Below are positions 36,308 to 46,399 of a stretch of 64,000 nucleotides of DNA, piece by piece. The stretch is from Candidatus Poriferihabitaceae bacterium (GTDB lineage: Bacteria > Pseudomonadota > Gammaproteobacteria > Arenicellales > Poriferihabitantaceae). The stretch spans positions 2,437,894 through 2,501,893 of the forward strand of contig OZ253546.1 in NCBI GenBank assembly GCA_965262585.1. The letters are read 5' to 3'. Each line of letters begins with the position of its first letter. The first letter of the stretch is position 1. Under the pieces are notes generated by a model. It was not told where the DNA came from. It ran no database searches and saw only the letters and a list, made by a program, of their open reading frames with translations. The position numbers and the translations under genes were made by a program.

Positions 36308-37096
36308 ATGAGTGATAAAGCAATCACAACGAAAATCAACGGCGCGGTGTTGGAAGTGGTGCTGAACCGCCCCAAAGCCAACGCCATTGATACCCCGACC
36401 AGTCAGGAAATGGGGCGAGTGTTCGCCGATTTTCGCGACAATCCGAAATTGCGGGTGGCCATCCTCACCGGCGCCGGCGAAAAATTTTTCTGCGCCGGCT
36501 GGGATCTAAAAGCGGTAGCGGAAGGGAAGGAAGACACCGCCGCCGATTTTGGAGTCGGCGGCTTCGGTGGGTTGCAAGAGTTGCCAAACCTCAACAAACC
36601 GGTCATCGCCGCGGTCAATGGCATCGCTTGCGGCGGCGGGCTGGAACTGGCACTTTCCGCCGACCTCATCATCGCTGCGGAACACGCCAGTTTTGCGCTG
36701 CCGGAAATTAACGCAGGCACCATCGCCGACGCCGCCACCATCAAACTGCCGAAGCGCATTCCCTATCACATCGCCATGGACATGCTACTCACTGGCCGCT
36801 GGGTGGATGCCGAGGAAGCGCACCGATGGGGGTTGATTAATGAAATCGTGAGCGGGTCGCGATTGATGCCCCGTGCCAGAGAGTTGGCCGACTTGCTTGC
36901 CGACGGCCCGCCGCTGGTGTTTGCGGCAATCAAGGAATGCATGCGCCTCACCGAAACGCTGTCCACGCAAGAATCTTTTGACCTGTTGTATAAAAAAATC
37001 CCGCCCACCATAAAAACTTTGTATGAAAGCGAGGACATCCTCGAAGGCGCGCGGGCGTTTAGCGAAAAACGCAAACCGGTGTGGCAAGGTCGTTAG
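36308..37096 (+). CDS. caiD: Crotonase-family enoyl-CoA hydratase, carnitinyl-CoA dehydratase (CaiD)-like
   Basis: LNRPKANAIDTPTSQEMGRVFADFRDNPKLRVAILTGAGEKFFCAGWDLKA...FSEKRKPVWQGR tracks E. coli CaiD closely, as I recall its sequence. Confidence 0.8.
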   Translation: MSDKAITTKINGAVLEVVLNRPKANAIDTPTSQEMGRVFADFRDNPKLRVAILTGAGEKFFCAGWDLKAVAEGKEDTAADFGVGGFGGLQELPNLNKPVIAAVNGIACGGGLELALSADLIIAAEHASFALPEINAGTIADAATIKLPKRIPYHIAMDMLLTGRWVDAEEAHRWGLINEIVSGSRLMPRARELADLLADGPPLVFAAIKECMRLTETLSTQESFDLLYKKIPPTIKTLYESEDILEGARAFSEKRKPVWQGR

Positions 37097-37131
37097 AAAA
37101 AAAGGCCTAGAAAAAAAGGGCGCTAACAATA

Positions 37132-38370
37132 ATGAAACTATCATCGGCCAACATCCACGCCCGGCAACACGGCGCAATGGAATATAGCCACGCGCCGGTG
37201 GATATTGATGTGGTCAGACGCTATCGGCTTGGCCGGGTGCGGGAAAAACTTGCGCAGTTGGATTACGCCGGAATTTTGTTGATCAACCCGCTGAATTGCC
37301 GGTATGCATGCGACGCCACCAACATGCAAGTCTGGACTGCCCACTACGAAACCCGGTGCGTGTTCGTTGCCACCGCCGGCCCGTTGGTTTTGTTCGATTA
37401 CGCCCATCATCCGCACCTCGCCGAAGGCATTCCGACCATCGACGAATATCGCGTGAACCCTTCGTTCTACTACTTCGCCGCCGGTCCGCGCAGTGCCGAG
37501 AAGGCCGCGAAATTTGGCGGCGTTATCGCCGATCTGGTGCAAACCCACGGCGGCGGTAATTCCCGGCTGGCCATCGACCACTTGTCCCATCTCGGTTGCG
37601 ATGCCATTCGCAGCCACGGCATTTCCATCCATGACGGTTTGGAGGTTATGGAAACGGCGCGTGCCGTCAAGTCGGCGGAAGAACTGGTGTTGATGCAAAA
37701 ATCCATCGATGTATGCGAAATTGCCGTGCGGCGTATGCGCGAAGCCACGCAACCGGGCATGACCGAAAACGCGCTGTGGGCCAACCTGCATTATGCCAAC
37801 ATCGAACACGGCGGCGAATGGATTGAAACCCGCTTGCTGTCGTCGGGCCCGCGAACCTTCCCGTGGTTTCGCGAATCCTCCATGCGCAAAATCGAAGCCG
37901 GAGACTTAATCAGCCTCGACACCGACCTCATTGGTCCGTACGGCTACTGCGCCGATATGTCGCGTTCCTGGGTGTGCGGAGACGGCCAGCCCAGCGACCA
38001 GCAAAAACGAATTTATGCGTTGGCGCATGAACAGATTCAGCATAACAAATCCATCCTCAAGGCGGGTATGAGTTTCCGGGAAGTCGCGGAAAAGGCGTGG
38101 ACGATTCCCGATGAATTCGTCGACCACCGATACGGTGTCCTCATCCACGGAGTCGGCCTCGCCGATGAATATCCGGCAATCAAACACATCCATGATTTTG
38201 CCGAAAAAGGATACGACGGCGTGCTGGAAGAAAACATGACGCTGTGCGTGGAATCTTATATCGGCTCGGCGCGAAGCGGGGAAGGGGTGAAACTCGAAGA
38301 ACAAGTTTTGGTGGGCGCAAACGGCATCCGCCAACTGACCACCGACCCGCTGGAAACGGATTGGTTGTAA
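37132..38370 (+). CDS. M24-family metallohydrolase-like protein (creatinase/DoeA/DddP-like; possibly a DddP-type DMSP lyase)
   Basis: 412 aa with a pita-bread fold pattern (GGEWIETRLLSSGPRTFPWF, ISLDTDLIGPYGYCADMSRSW, IHGVGLADEYP, TLCVESYIG). These blocks resemble DddP as I remember it. This has not been verified. Confidence 0.7.
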   Translation: MKLSSANIHARQHGAMEYSHAPVDIDVVRRYRLGRVREKLAQLDYAGILLINPLNCRYACDATNMQVWTAHYETRCVFVATAGPLVLFDYAHHPHLAEGIPTIDEYRVNPSFYYFAAGPRSAEKAAKFGGVIADLVQTHGGGNSRLAIDHLSHLGCDAIRSHGISIHDGLEVMETARAVKSAEELVLMQKSIDVCEIAVRRMREATQPGMTENALWANLHYANIEHGGEWIETRLLSSGPRTFPWFRESSMRKIEAGDLISLDTDLIGPYGYCADMSRSWVCGDGQPSDQQKRIYALAHEQIQHNKSILKAGMSFREVAEKAWTIPDEFVDHRYGVLIHGVGLADEYPAIKHIHDFAEKGYDGVLEENMTLCVESYIGSARSGEGVKLEEQVLVGANGIRQLTTDPLETDWL

Positions 38371-38389
38371 TCGGCATCGGCAATAAAAA

Positions 38390-38878
38390 ATGATTACCGT
38401 CACCGCCGCCGACCCACGCACGCCGTCCATCGCCGTCTTGATTACGCAACTGGACGACTACCAGTTGGCGTTGTATCCGCGCCAATTTTGTTATCTCGAT
38501 TCGCCGGACGAACTGGCCGGTTCGGATACGCATTTTGTTAGCGCGCATGCCGGAGACGGCAATGATTCCAAAGACAATCGGCCGCTCGGTTGCGGCGCGA
38601 TAAAATATGTGCACGGCGATTGTTTTTACGGCGAAGTTAAAAGATTATTTGTAGCCGCCGAAGCGCGGGGCAGGGGGGTGTCGAAAAAAATCATGGCCAA
38701 CCTCGAAGCGCATGCGGTGGGAAAACAGGTCGCGTGTATTCGCTTGGAAACCGGCATCCACCAGCCCGAAGCAATCCGCTTATACGCACGGCGCGGTTAT
38801 AAACGCCGTGGGCCCTTTGGAAATTATGCCGATGATCCGTTGTCGGTGTTCATGGAAAAGATGGCGGGCGAGTTATGA
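38390..38878 (+). CDS. GNAT-family N-acetyltransferase
   Basis: 162 aa. The acetyl-CoA binding motif is RLFVAAEARGRGVSKKIM. Confidence 0.8.
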   Translation: MITVTAADPRTPSIAVLITQLDDYQLALYPRQFCYLDSPDELAGSDTHFVSAHAGDGNDSKDNRPLGCGAIKYVHGDCFYGEVKRLFVAAEARGRGVSKKIMANLEAHAVGKQVACIRLETGIHQPEAIRLYARRGYKRRGPFGNYADDPLSVFMEKMAGEL

Positions 38879-38891
38879 CTCTTAACATTTT

Positions 38892-40556
38892 TTGGCGGAC
38901 TTGAAGTTGAATTTTGATTACATCATCATCGGTGCCGGCTCAGCCGGTTGCGTGCTGGCTAATCGCTTGAGCGAGGACGCGGATGTCACCATATTGCTGC
39001 TGGAATACGGCGGCAAAGACGACAGCATTTATATTCAGATGCCGACCGCGCTTTCCATTCCGATGAATAGCGAACGTTTTGCATGGCAATTTCATAGCGA
39101 ACCGGAACCGGGATTGAACAACCGCCGCATGCACTGCCCACGCGGAAAGGTGCTGGGCGGATCATCATCCATCAACGGCATGGTCTATGTGCGCGGGCAC
39201 GCCCACGACTTTGATGCGTGGGTAGACAGCGGCGCCGCCGGTTGGGATTACCGCCATTGCCTACCGTATTTTAGAAAAGCCGATGACTGGAAATACGGCA
39301 GCGACGCATACCGCAGTCAAGGCGGGCCGCTGACCGTGGGCAACGGCAACGAAATGAAAAATCCATTATACCGAGCGTTCATCGAGGCCGGTGTTCAGGC
39401 GGGTTATATGAAAACCGATGATTACAACGGATATCGTCAGGAAGGGTTTGGCGCCATGCACATGACGGTGCGCAACGGCGTGCGATGGTCGACTGCCAAT
39501 GCGTATCTCAAGCCGGTTATGGGACGGCACAACCTCAAAGTGGAAACCCGCGCGCTGAGTCGCCGCATTCTGCTGGAAGGAAAAAAAGCGGTCGGGGTTG
39601 AATACCAGCGAGGCGGAAAACTCGTGACCGCACGGGCAAACCGTGAAGTGATTTTGTGCGCCGGTTCGGTCGGTTCCCCGCAGTTGTTGCAATGTTCGGG
39701 CATCGGCCCCGCCGAGGTGCTTAAAAACGCCGGTGTCGAGGTTCTCCACGACTTGCCCGGAGTCGGTGAAAACCTCCAAGACCATCTGGAATTTTATTTT
39801 CAGTTTCAGTGCAAGCAACCCATCACCTTAAACGCCAAACTGAACTGGTGGAGTAAATTTTTGATTGGCGCAAGATGGCAGTTTTTCAAATCGGGACTCG
39901 GTGCCAGCAATCACTTCGAGTCCTGCGCGTTCATTCGCTCCCGCGCCGGTATCCCGGCGCCGGATATTCAGTATCATTTCCTGCCGGGTGCCATGCGCTA
40001 TGACGGGCGGGCGGCTTTTGAGGGCCACGGTTTTCAGGTGCATGTAGGCCACAACAAACCCGCCAGCCGTGGTCGGATTCGGATTACCTCGCCGGATCCG
40101 CTGCACAAGCCTTCCATCTTGTTCAATTATCTGGATCGCGAAGAAGACCGCGAAGGCTTTCGCCAATGCGTACGCCTGACCCGCGAAATTATTGCCCAAC
40201 CGGCCATGTCAGCCTATCGCGGAGCGGAGATTCAGCCCGGCGAAGCGGTTCAAAGCGACTCCGAGATCGACGCCTTCGTCAGCAATTCCGTGGAAAGCGC
40301 ATATCATCCGGCATGCACTTGCAAGATGGGGGTTGATGAAATGGCGGTGGTGGACCCGCAAACCCGCGTGCACGGCATGGACGGATTGCGAGTGGTAGAT
40401 TCCTCGATTTTCCCAATCATCACCAACGGCAACCTCAACGCCCCCACCATCATGACAGCAGAACGCGCCGCCGACCTCATCAAGGGCCGCAACATGCTAC
40501 CACCCGGCAGCGCCAAAAGCGGGCTTGGGGAAAACTGGAAACAGCAACAGCGTTAA
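38892..40556 (+). CDS. betA: GMC oxidoreductase, choline dehydrogenase-like
   Basis: 554 aa with a TTG start. FAD motif [25 protein letters not shown] signatures [14 protein letters not shown] and C-terminal HPACTCKMG are present. Confidence 0.85.
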   Translation: MADLKLNFDYIIIGAGSAGCVLANRLSEDADVTILLLEYGGKDDSIYIQMPTALSIPMNSERFAWQFHSEPEPGLNNRRMHCPRGKVLGGSSSINGMVYVRGHAHDFDAWVDSGAAGWDYRHCLPYFRKADDWKYGSDAYRSQGGPLTVGNGNEMKNPLYRAFIEAGVQAGYMKTDDYNGYRQEGFGAMHMTVRNGVRWSTANAYLKPVMGRHNLKVETRALSRRILLEGKKAVGVEYQRGGKLVTARANREVILCAGSVGSPQLLQCSGIGPAEVLKNAGVEVLHDLPGVGENLQDHLEFYFQFQCKQPITLNAKLNWWSKFLIGARWQFFKSGLGASNHFESCAFIRSRAGIPAPDIQYHFLPGAMRYDGRAAFEGHGFQVHVGHNKPASRGRIRITSPDPLHKPSILFNYLDREEDREGFRQCVRLTREIIAQPAMSAYRGAEIQPGEAVQSDSEIDAFVSNSVESAYHPACTCKMGVDEMAVVDPQTRVHGMDGLRVVDSSIFPIITNGNLNAPTIMTAERAADLIKGRNMLPPGSAKSGLGENWKQQQR

Positions 40557-40564
40557 ACCACCGA

Positions 40565-41874
40565 AATGAGCGGCTGTCGCCGGACATGTTTTTCTGGATT
40601 CCCGTGTCCCCCAACTCGTCATCCCCGCTGTCGCGGAAATAACGAGTTGGGGGCACGAGAATGACGAGTCTGGGAGTCCTCATCCGCAAACGAGGAATAT
40701 CAAAAGTGCGTCATTCCCGAACGATAGAAAAATAAGGAGCGCCAGCGACTATATTTTTCATCGTATCGGGAATCCAGAAAGCCAATAATGAGTCGGCTAT
40801 CGCCGGCATGTTGTACTGGATTCCCGCTTTCGCGAGAATAACGGCGTAGGGAGTCGGCTATTGCCGGCATGTTGTACTGGATTCCCGTGTCCCCCAACTC
40901 GTCATTCCCGCTGTCGCGGAAATAACGACTTGGCGGCACGAGAATGACGGCGGTACGTCGTCATTCCCGAACGATAGAAAAATAAGGAGCGCCAGCGACT
41001 ATATTTTTCTTCGTATCGGGAATCCAGAAGGCTAATAATGAGTCGGATCTCGCCGCACATGTCTCACTGGATTCCCGCTTTCACGAGAATAACGGCGTAA
41101 GGAGTCGGCTATCGCCGGGCATGTTTTACTGGATTCCCGTGTCCCCCAACTCGTCATCCCCGCTGTCGCGGGAATAACGACTTGGGGGCACGAGAATGAC
41201 GGCGGCGCGTCGTCATTCCCGAACGATAGAAAAATAAGGAGCGCCAGCGACTATATTTTTCATCGTATCGGGAATCCAGAAGGCCAATAATGAGTCGGAT
41301 CTCGCCGCACATGTCTCACTGGATTCCCGCTTTCACGAGAATGACGGCGTAGGGAGTCGGCTATCGCCGGCATGTTGTACTGGATTCCCGTGTCCCCCAA
41401 CTCGTCATTCCCGCTGTCGCGTGAATGACGACTTGGCGGCACGAGAATGACGAGTCTGGGAGTCCTCATCGGCAAACGAGGAATATCAAAAGTGCGTCAT
41501 TCCCGAACGATAGAAAAATAAGGAGCGCCAGCGACTATATTTTTCATCGTATCGGGAATCCAGAAGGCTAATAAGGAGTCGGATCTCGCCGCACATGTCT
41601 CACTGGATTCCCGCTTTCACGAGAATGACGGCGTAGGGAGTCGGCTATCGCCGGCATGTTGTACTGGATTCCCGTGTCCCCCAACTCGTCATCCCCGCTG
41701 TCGCGGGAATAACGACTTGGCGGCACGAGAATGACGAGTCTGGGAGTCCACAGCGGCAAACGAGGAATATCAAAAGTGCGTCATTCCCGAACGATAGAAA
41801 AATAAGGAGCGCCAGCGACTATATTTTTCATCGTATCGGGAATCCAGAGAAAACAATCCGGCGCCAGCCGCTCC
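40565..41874 (-). repeat. Array B of the same mosaic palindromic repeat family (5 tandem composite units of 250-284 bp), inverted relative to array A
   Basis: The module TCATTCCCGAACGATAGAAAAATAAGGAGCGCCAGCGACTATATTTTT recurs at 40711, 40961, 41213, 41497 and 41781. It is the reverse complement of the array A module (for example 13170-13200). Hairpin and CTGGATTCCCG modules are interleaved. Confidence 0.9.
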
Positions 41875-41955
41875 TTATTAAGGACAGGCACGGGGGCGCT
41901 GTCCCTACGAGAGTGATGACGACGGGTGGGATGCGCGGCGCAAGCCGCTCCTCAT

Positions 41956-41979
41956 AAAAAAGGCGGCCCGAAGGCCGCC
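41956..41979 (-). terminator. Rho-independent terminator of the alanine/glycine:cation symporter gene
   Basis: The minus strand reads GGCGGCC-TTCG-GGCCGCC followed by TTTTTT, 26 nt after the stop at 42005. Confidence 0.65.
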
Positions 41980-42004
41980 AGATTACAAATGATGAAGTTT
42001 ATGG

Positions 42005-43387
42005 TTATGCTTTGTTGGCTGCTTTATCGTCTGCCTTGTCGTCTGCTTCATTGAAATAATCACGCGTGACCTTGAAGATCATCGGCGCGAGCAGTATCAG
42101 GCCAATCAGGTTTGGAATTGCCATCAAGCCGTTTAGCGTGTCTGACAGGTTCCACACGAAATCGACTTTTTGGTTGGCAAACCACAACGCGGCTAGCACC
42201 CAGAGGATGCGGTAGATTATCACCGACTTTTCTTTGAACAGGAATTGCCAGCAGCGTTCACCGTAATAACTCCAACCGAGGATGGTGGTGAACGCGAATA
42301 CTACCAGCGCGATGGTGACGACATAGTTGCCACCGACGAAGGTTGATTCGAACGCGGTGGCGGTGATTACATCGGCGCTGATGCCGTAGATTTGCCATGC
42401 GCCGGAAGTGATGATGCAAAGCGCGGTGATGGTGCAGACTACCAGGGTGTCGATGAAGGTTCCCAACATTGCGATCAAACCTTGTCGTACCGGGTTGTTG
42501 GTTTTTGCCGCGGCGTGTGCGATTGCGGCGGAACCCAAACCGGATTCGTTGGAGAACACACCACGCGCCACACCGAAGCGGATTGCGGCGGCTACAGCGG
42601 CACCAGCGAAACCACCGGCGGCGGCTGCGGGATTAAAGGCGTGATAGAAAATCAGGCCAATCGCGGCGGGGATTTCGGTTATGTTGATAGCGAGTACCAC
42701 GAGGCCGGCGCCGATATACAGCACGATCATAGTCGGCACTAATTTGCCCGCGACTTCACCGATGCGGCGGATGCCGCCCAGAATGACGAACCCGACCAAT
42801 ACCGCGACCACAATGCCGGTGACATATTTCGGCACCGCGAAGGTGCTGAGTAAGTTGCCGGCCATTGAGTTGACTTGAACCGCGTTACCGATTCCGAACG
42901 CGGCGACCGCGCCAAAAATCGCGAACGCATAGCCGAGGTATTTGCCCAGTTCCGGCGCGAATTCGCCGACTCCGTTGCGCAAATAATACATCGGCCCGCC
43001 GACATAGTTGCCGTTGGCATCGGTTTCACGGAAGCGCACTGCGCACACCGCTTCGCCGTATTTTGTCGCCATACCGAGCAATGCGATGACCCACATATAG
43101 AAGATCGCACCCGGGCCGCCGAGGAAGATGGCGGTGGCGACGCCGACTATATTACCGGTGCCGACTGTTGCCGAAAGCGCGGTCATCAGCGCATTGAACG
43201 GCTTGACCTCGCCTTCGCCTTCGTCGTCTTTGGAGAATAAAAGTTTGAACCCGTAGGGTATTTTGCGCCACGGGATGAAAACCAGCCCCAGCGTCAGCAA
43301 GAGCCCGGTCATGCCCAGAATTCCGAGCATGGGTGGGCCCCACGCAAAAGCATTGATTTGATTGATGATATCGTTTAAGGCGTCCAT
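42005..43387 (-). CDS. Alanine/glycine:cation symporter (AGCS family)
   Basis: 460-aa polytopic protein. FNALMTALSATVGTGNIVGVATAI and SNESGLGSAAIAHAAAKT are AGCS signatures. Confidence 0.9.
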   Translation of the reverse strand: MDALNDIINQINAFAWGPPMLGILGMTGLLLTLGLVFIPWRKIPYGFKLLFSKDDEGEGEVKPFNALMTALSATVGTGNIVGVATAIFLGGPGAIFYMWVIALLGMATKYGEAVCAVRFRETDANGNYVGGPMYYLRNGVGEFAPELGKYLGYAFAIFGAVAAFGIGNAVQVNSMAGNLLSTFAVPKYVTGIVVAVLVGFVILGGIRRIGEVAGKLVPTMIVLYIGAGLVVLAINITEIPAAIGLIFYHAFNPAAAAGGFAGAAVAAAIRFGVARGVFSNESGLGSAAIAHAAAKTNNPVRQGLIAMLGTFIDTLVVCTITALCIITSGAWQIYGISADVITATAFESTFVGGNYVVTIALVVFAFTTILGWSYYGERCWQFLFKEKSVIIYRILWVLAALWFANQKVDFVWNLSDTLNGLMAIPNLIGLILLAPMIFKVTRDYFNEADDKADDKAANKA

Positions 43388-43824
43388 AAAAAGTTCTCCC
43401 CGCTGTGTGAGTTGTGTAACGTTGATTTATGTAACGGCTGGTTTAGGAAACGGATGTACTATATAGAGATACGGTAAACAACATTCAGCCATCGCCGAAG
43501 TTTGCAAAATTTTGGTGCAAAATTCAAGTGGTATTATCAATCCGCCGGTTGTTGCGTAAATTGCGTGGGAAGCCAAATCATACGATAAAGTGGAGACGCA
43601 ACTTGACTAGTTACCTTTCAATAAAACTATATCTATTTGAAAAATAAAAATACTTCACATAAAAAAACCCGTAAACGCTCTAAAACCGCCCTCAAAAAAC
43701 CATGTTGAATAACGAAATATCCATCGGTTCGGTCGCCAACCAGGCCCGTTTTCGGGTAGCATTCGGCGGCTTGTTTGGCACTGTTTACTATTATTTTCAA
43801 GAATCGCAATGACCGTGAATCTCA

Positions 43825-44568
43825 ATGACCGCTAGGCGGAAAATTTATCTGGGCGTGAACGTCGACCACGTCGCCACCATCCGTCAGGCACGGGGAACCC
43901 CCTACCCGGATCCGGTGGAAATCGCGCTACAAGCCGAACAAGCCGGTGCCGACGGTATCACCATGCATTTGCGTGAAGACCGGCGGCATGTGGTCGAATC
44001 GGACATCGAGCGCATGGCCGACTGCACTGGAACCAAACTCAATATGGAGATGGCGGCAACCGAGGAAATGCGCGAAATCGCCCTCAGGATAAAGCCCGCC
44101 GATGCCTGCATCGTCCCCGAACGCCGGGTTGAATTGACCACCGAAGGCGGCCTCGATGTGGTGCGACAACGGGACCTGATTGCCGATTTGGTGGCGGCTT
44201 TCAGCGAGGCGGGCATCCGCACTTCATTGTTTATCGACCCCGACCTTCGACAAATAGACGCTAGTTTGGAAGTGGGCGCGCCGGTCATCGAACTGCACAC
44301 CGGAAAGTATGCCGACTCCCACGACCCCGAGGCGATCCAAAAAGAGTTACAGGCGGTCATAGTCAGCGCAAAACACGCGGATCAGGCGGGGATCATCGTG
44401 AACGCCGGGCATGGCCTGCACTACACCAACACCCAAGTTATCGCCGCGATACCGGAAATAACCGAATTGAATATCGGCCACAGCATAGTCGGACGCGCCC
44501 TTGCGGTGGGATTTTTCCGGGCGGTCAGCGAAATGAAAACGTTGATGAATGAAGCACGGGCGGCTTGA
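43825..44568 (+). CDS. pdxJ: Pyridoxine 5'-phosphate synthase
   Basis: [23 protein letters not shown] and ELHTGKYA are PdxJ signatures. Confidence 0.9.
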   Translation: MTARRKIYLGVNVDHVATIRQARGTPYPDPVEIALQAEQAGADGITMHLREDRRHVVESDIERMADCTGTKLNMEMAATEEMREIALRIKPADACIVPERRVELTTEGGLDVVRQRDLIADLVAAFSEAGIRTSLFIDPDLRQIDASLEVGAPVIELHTGKYADSHDPEAIQKELQAVIVSAKHADQAGIIVNAGHGLHYTNTQVIAAIPEITELNIGHSIVGRALAVGFFRAVSEMKTLMNEARAA

Positions 44569-44571
44569 AAA

Positions 44572-44976
44572 TCAGACGATTAATGCCGCCACCGCATCCC
44601 TGCCATCGGCGGCAAGGATGTTGTAGGTGCGACAGGCGGCGGCGGTATCCATGACTTCCAGCCCGATGCGTCGACGCATCAATGGGCCGGTGAGGGCAGC
44701 ATCGGGAAAAACCGTGCGGGTTCCGGTGCCGATGATCACCACTTCCGCACCGAGTTCCGCGAGTTGTTCGAAATGGCTGGTTTGCAATGCCGAAAGGTCT
44801 TTTACATCCCACAATTTCACCGCTTGGGGTGTTAAAATCAGGCTCTGTCGATACCAAGTGTCCGCGATGCGGATGCGGTAGCGTTCGCGGTCGCTTTGCG
44901 CGCCGTCTTTCAGCGGGTCGAGGGCCCAGGAATGAATCAGCAGCGAATCCGGCCGATGGTTGAGTTCAAGTTTCAT
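44572..44976 (-). CDS. Mth938/DUF498-domain protein
   Basis: 134 aa. LAELGAEVVIIGTGTRTVFP...GLEVMDTAAACRTYNIL is typical of the family. Confidence 0.7.
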   Translation of the reverse strand: MKLELNHRPDSLLIHSWALDPLKDGAQSDRERYRIRIADTWYRQSLILTPQAVKLWDVKDLSALQTSHFEQLAELGAEVVIIGTGTRTVFPDAALTGPLMRRRIGLEVMDTAAACRTYNILAADGRDAVAALIV

Positions 44977-45050
44977 AAATTTGCCTCGCGGGATTGCCCC
45001 GCGGATTGCCCCGCCACGGCATTGTATAACACCGGCAACGAATTCGTCCG

Positions 45051-46361
45051 ATGAAAGCGGTCAATATTGGCTTGTTGGGCCTCGGCACAGTCGGCGGCGG
45101 CACACTCGCGGTGTTACATCGAAACGCCGATGAAATCAGCCGCCGCGCCGGTCGCGAGATTCGCGTGACCCGCGCTGCGGTGCGCGACCTGCAACGCAAG
45201 CGGCCATTCAACACCGACACCCTCGACTTAACCACTAACCCGCTGGAAATCGTCAACGACCCGAACATCGACATCGTCGTTGAGTTAATCGGCGGCCACG
45301 ACATCGCCCGCGAAGCAGTCCTCGGCGCTATCGCCAATGGCAAGCATGTGGTCACCGCCAACAAAGCACTCATCGCGCTGCACGGCAACACCATTTTTGA
45401 AAACGCTCAGCGGCAGGGGGTAATGGTGGCTTTTGAGGCGGCGGTTGCGGGCGGCATTCCGATCATCAAATCCATCCGCGAAGGGCTGGCGGCCAATCGC
45501 ATCGAATGGCTTGCCGGTATCATCAACGGCACTTCCAATTATATTCTGAGCCACATGGAAGAAGCCGCGAGCGACTTTGACGAGGTGCTACGGCAGGCAC
45601 AGGAACTGGGCTACGCCGAAGCCGACCCGGCTTTTGATGTGGGCGGTATCGATGCAGCCCACAAACTCACCATCCTCGCCTCCATCGCCTTCGGCATCCC
45701 GCTGCAGTTCGAGCAAGTGTATGTGCAGGGCATCACCGACATCGCCGGTGAAGACATCGTCTTTGCCCGGGAACTCGGTTATCGCATCAAGCATCTCGGC
45801 CTCGCCAGACGCACCGCCGAAGGCATCGAACTGCGCGTCCACCCAACGCTGATTCCCCACAAGCGGCTGATTGCCAACGTCAACGGAGTGATGAATGCGG
45901 TATTGGTATGCGCCGATGCGGTGGGGCCGACTTTATATTATGGCGCCGGTGCCGGTGCCGAGCCAACCGCATCTTCGGTGGTGGCGGATCTGGTCGATGT
46001 GGTGCGCGCCATCACCACCGACCCGCAAAACCGCGTCCCGCACTTGGCGTTCCAACCCGGTTCGCTGGCAACCCTGCCAATCCTCTCCATCGAGCAGGTC
46101 GAGACCGCCTATTATCTGCGCCTCACTGTCACCAATCGCCCCGGCGTGCTGGCCGCTATCACCCGCATATTCGGTGACAGCGAAATCAGCATCGACACCA
46201 TCTTGCAAAAGGGCAGGGGGCGACCGGAAGAAAACGTGACCATCATCATGCTCACCCAGCAGACCCGCGAACGCAGTATGAACCAAGCGTTGAAAAAACT
46301 AGCCAAACTGGACACCGTAAGCGACAAAATCGTGCGCATCCGGCTGGAGAAATTGTCCTGA
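45051..46361 (+). CDS. hom: Homoserine dehydrogenase
   Basis: 436 aa with an NAD-binding N-terminus (VNIGLLGLGTVGGG), a catalytic domain and a C-terminal ACT domain. Confidence 0.95.
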   Translation: MKAVNIGLLGLGTVGGGTLAVLHRNADEISRRAGREIRVTRAAVRDLQRKRPFNTDTLDLTTNPLEIVNDPNIDIVVELIGGHDIAREAVLGAIANGKHVVTANKALIALHGNTIFENAQRQGVMVAFEAAVAGGIPIIKSIREGLAANRIEWLAGIINGTSNYILSHMEEAASDFDEVLRQAQELGYAEADPAFDVGGIDAAHKLTILASIAFGIPLQFEQVYVQGITDIAGEDIVFARELGYRIKHLGLARRTAEGIELRVHPTLIPHKRLIANVNGVMNAVLVCADAVGPTLYYGAGAGAEPTASSVVADLVDVVRAITTDPQNRVPHLAFQPGSLATLPILSIEQVETAYYLRLTVTNRPGVLAAITRIFGDSEISIDTILQKGRGRPEENVTIIMLTQQTRERSMNQALKKLAKLDTVSDKIVRIRLEKLS

Positions 46362-46399
46362 GCCTCGCGCCCGCCCGAGTAATCAACGCAACCAACGCC

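Noticed and set aside
40480-41759. Family of similar small ORFs (40480-40689, 40700-40939, 41260-41475, 41568-41759 minus; also 13525-13710 plus and the tail of 11994-13190) encoding ...VILVPPSRYFRDSGNDELGDTGIQYNMPAIADSL...
   Set aside because: They lie entirely within the tandem palindromic repeat modules and differ in frame continuity from copy to copy. They lack ribosome-binding sites. They are the usual spurious translations of REP/NIME-like repeats.
43388-43700. Glycine riboswitch in the long leader of the alanine/glycine:cation symporter gene
   Set aside because: Reading the minus strand shows none of the conserved glycine-aptamer blocks. The region is simply AT-rich promoter/leader DNA.
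43702-43812. 36-codon ORF (MLNNEISIGSVANQARFRVAFGGLFGTVYYYFQESQ) upstream of pdxJ
   Set aside because: It is short, has no RBS and no recognisable features. It lies in a promoter-like AT-rich spacer.
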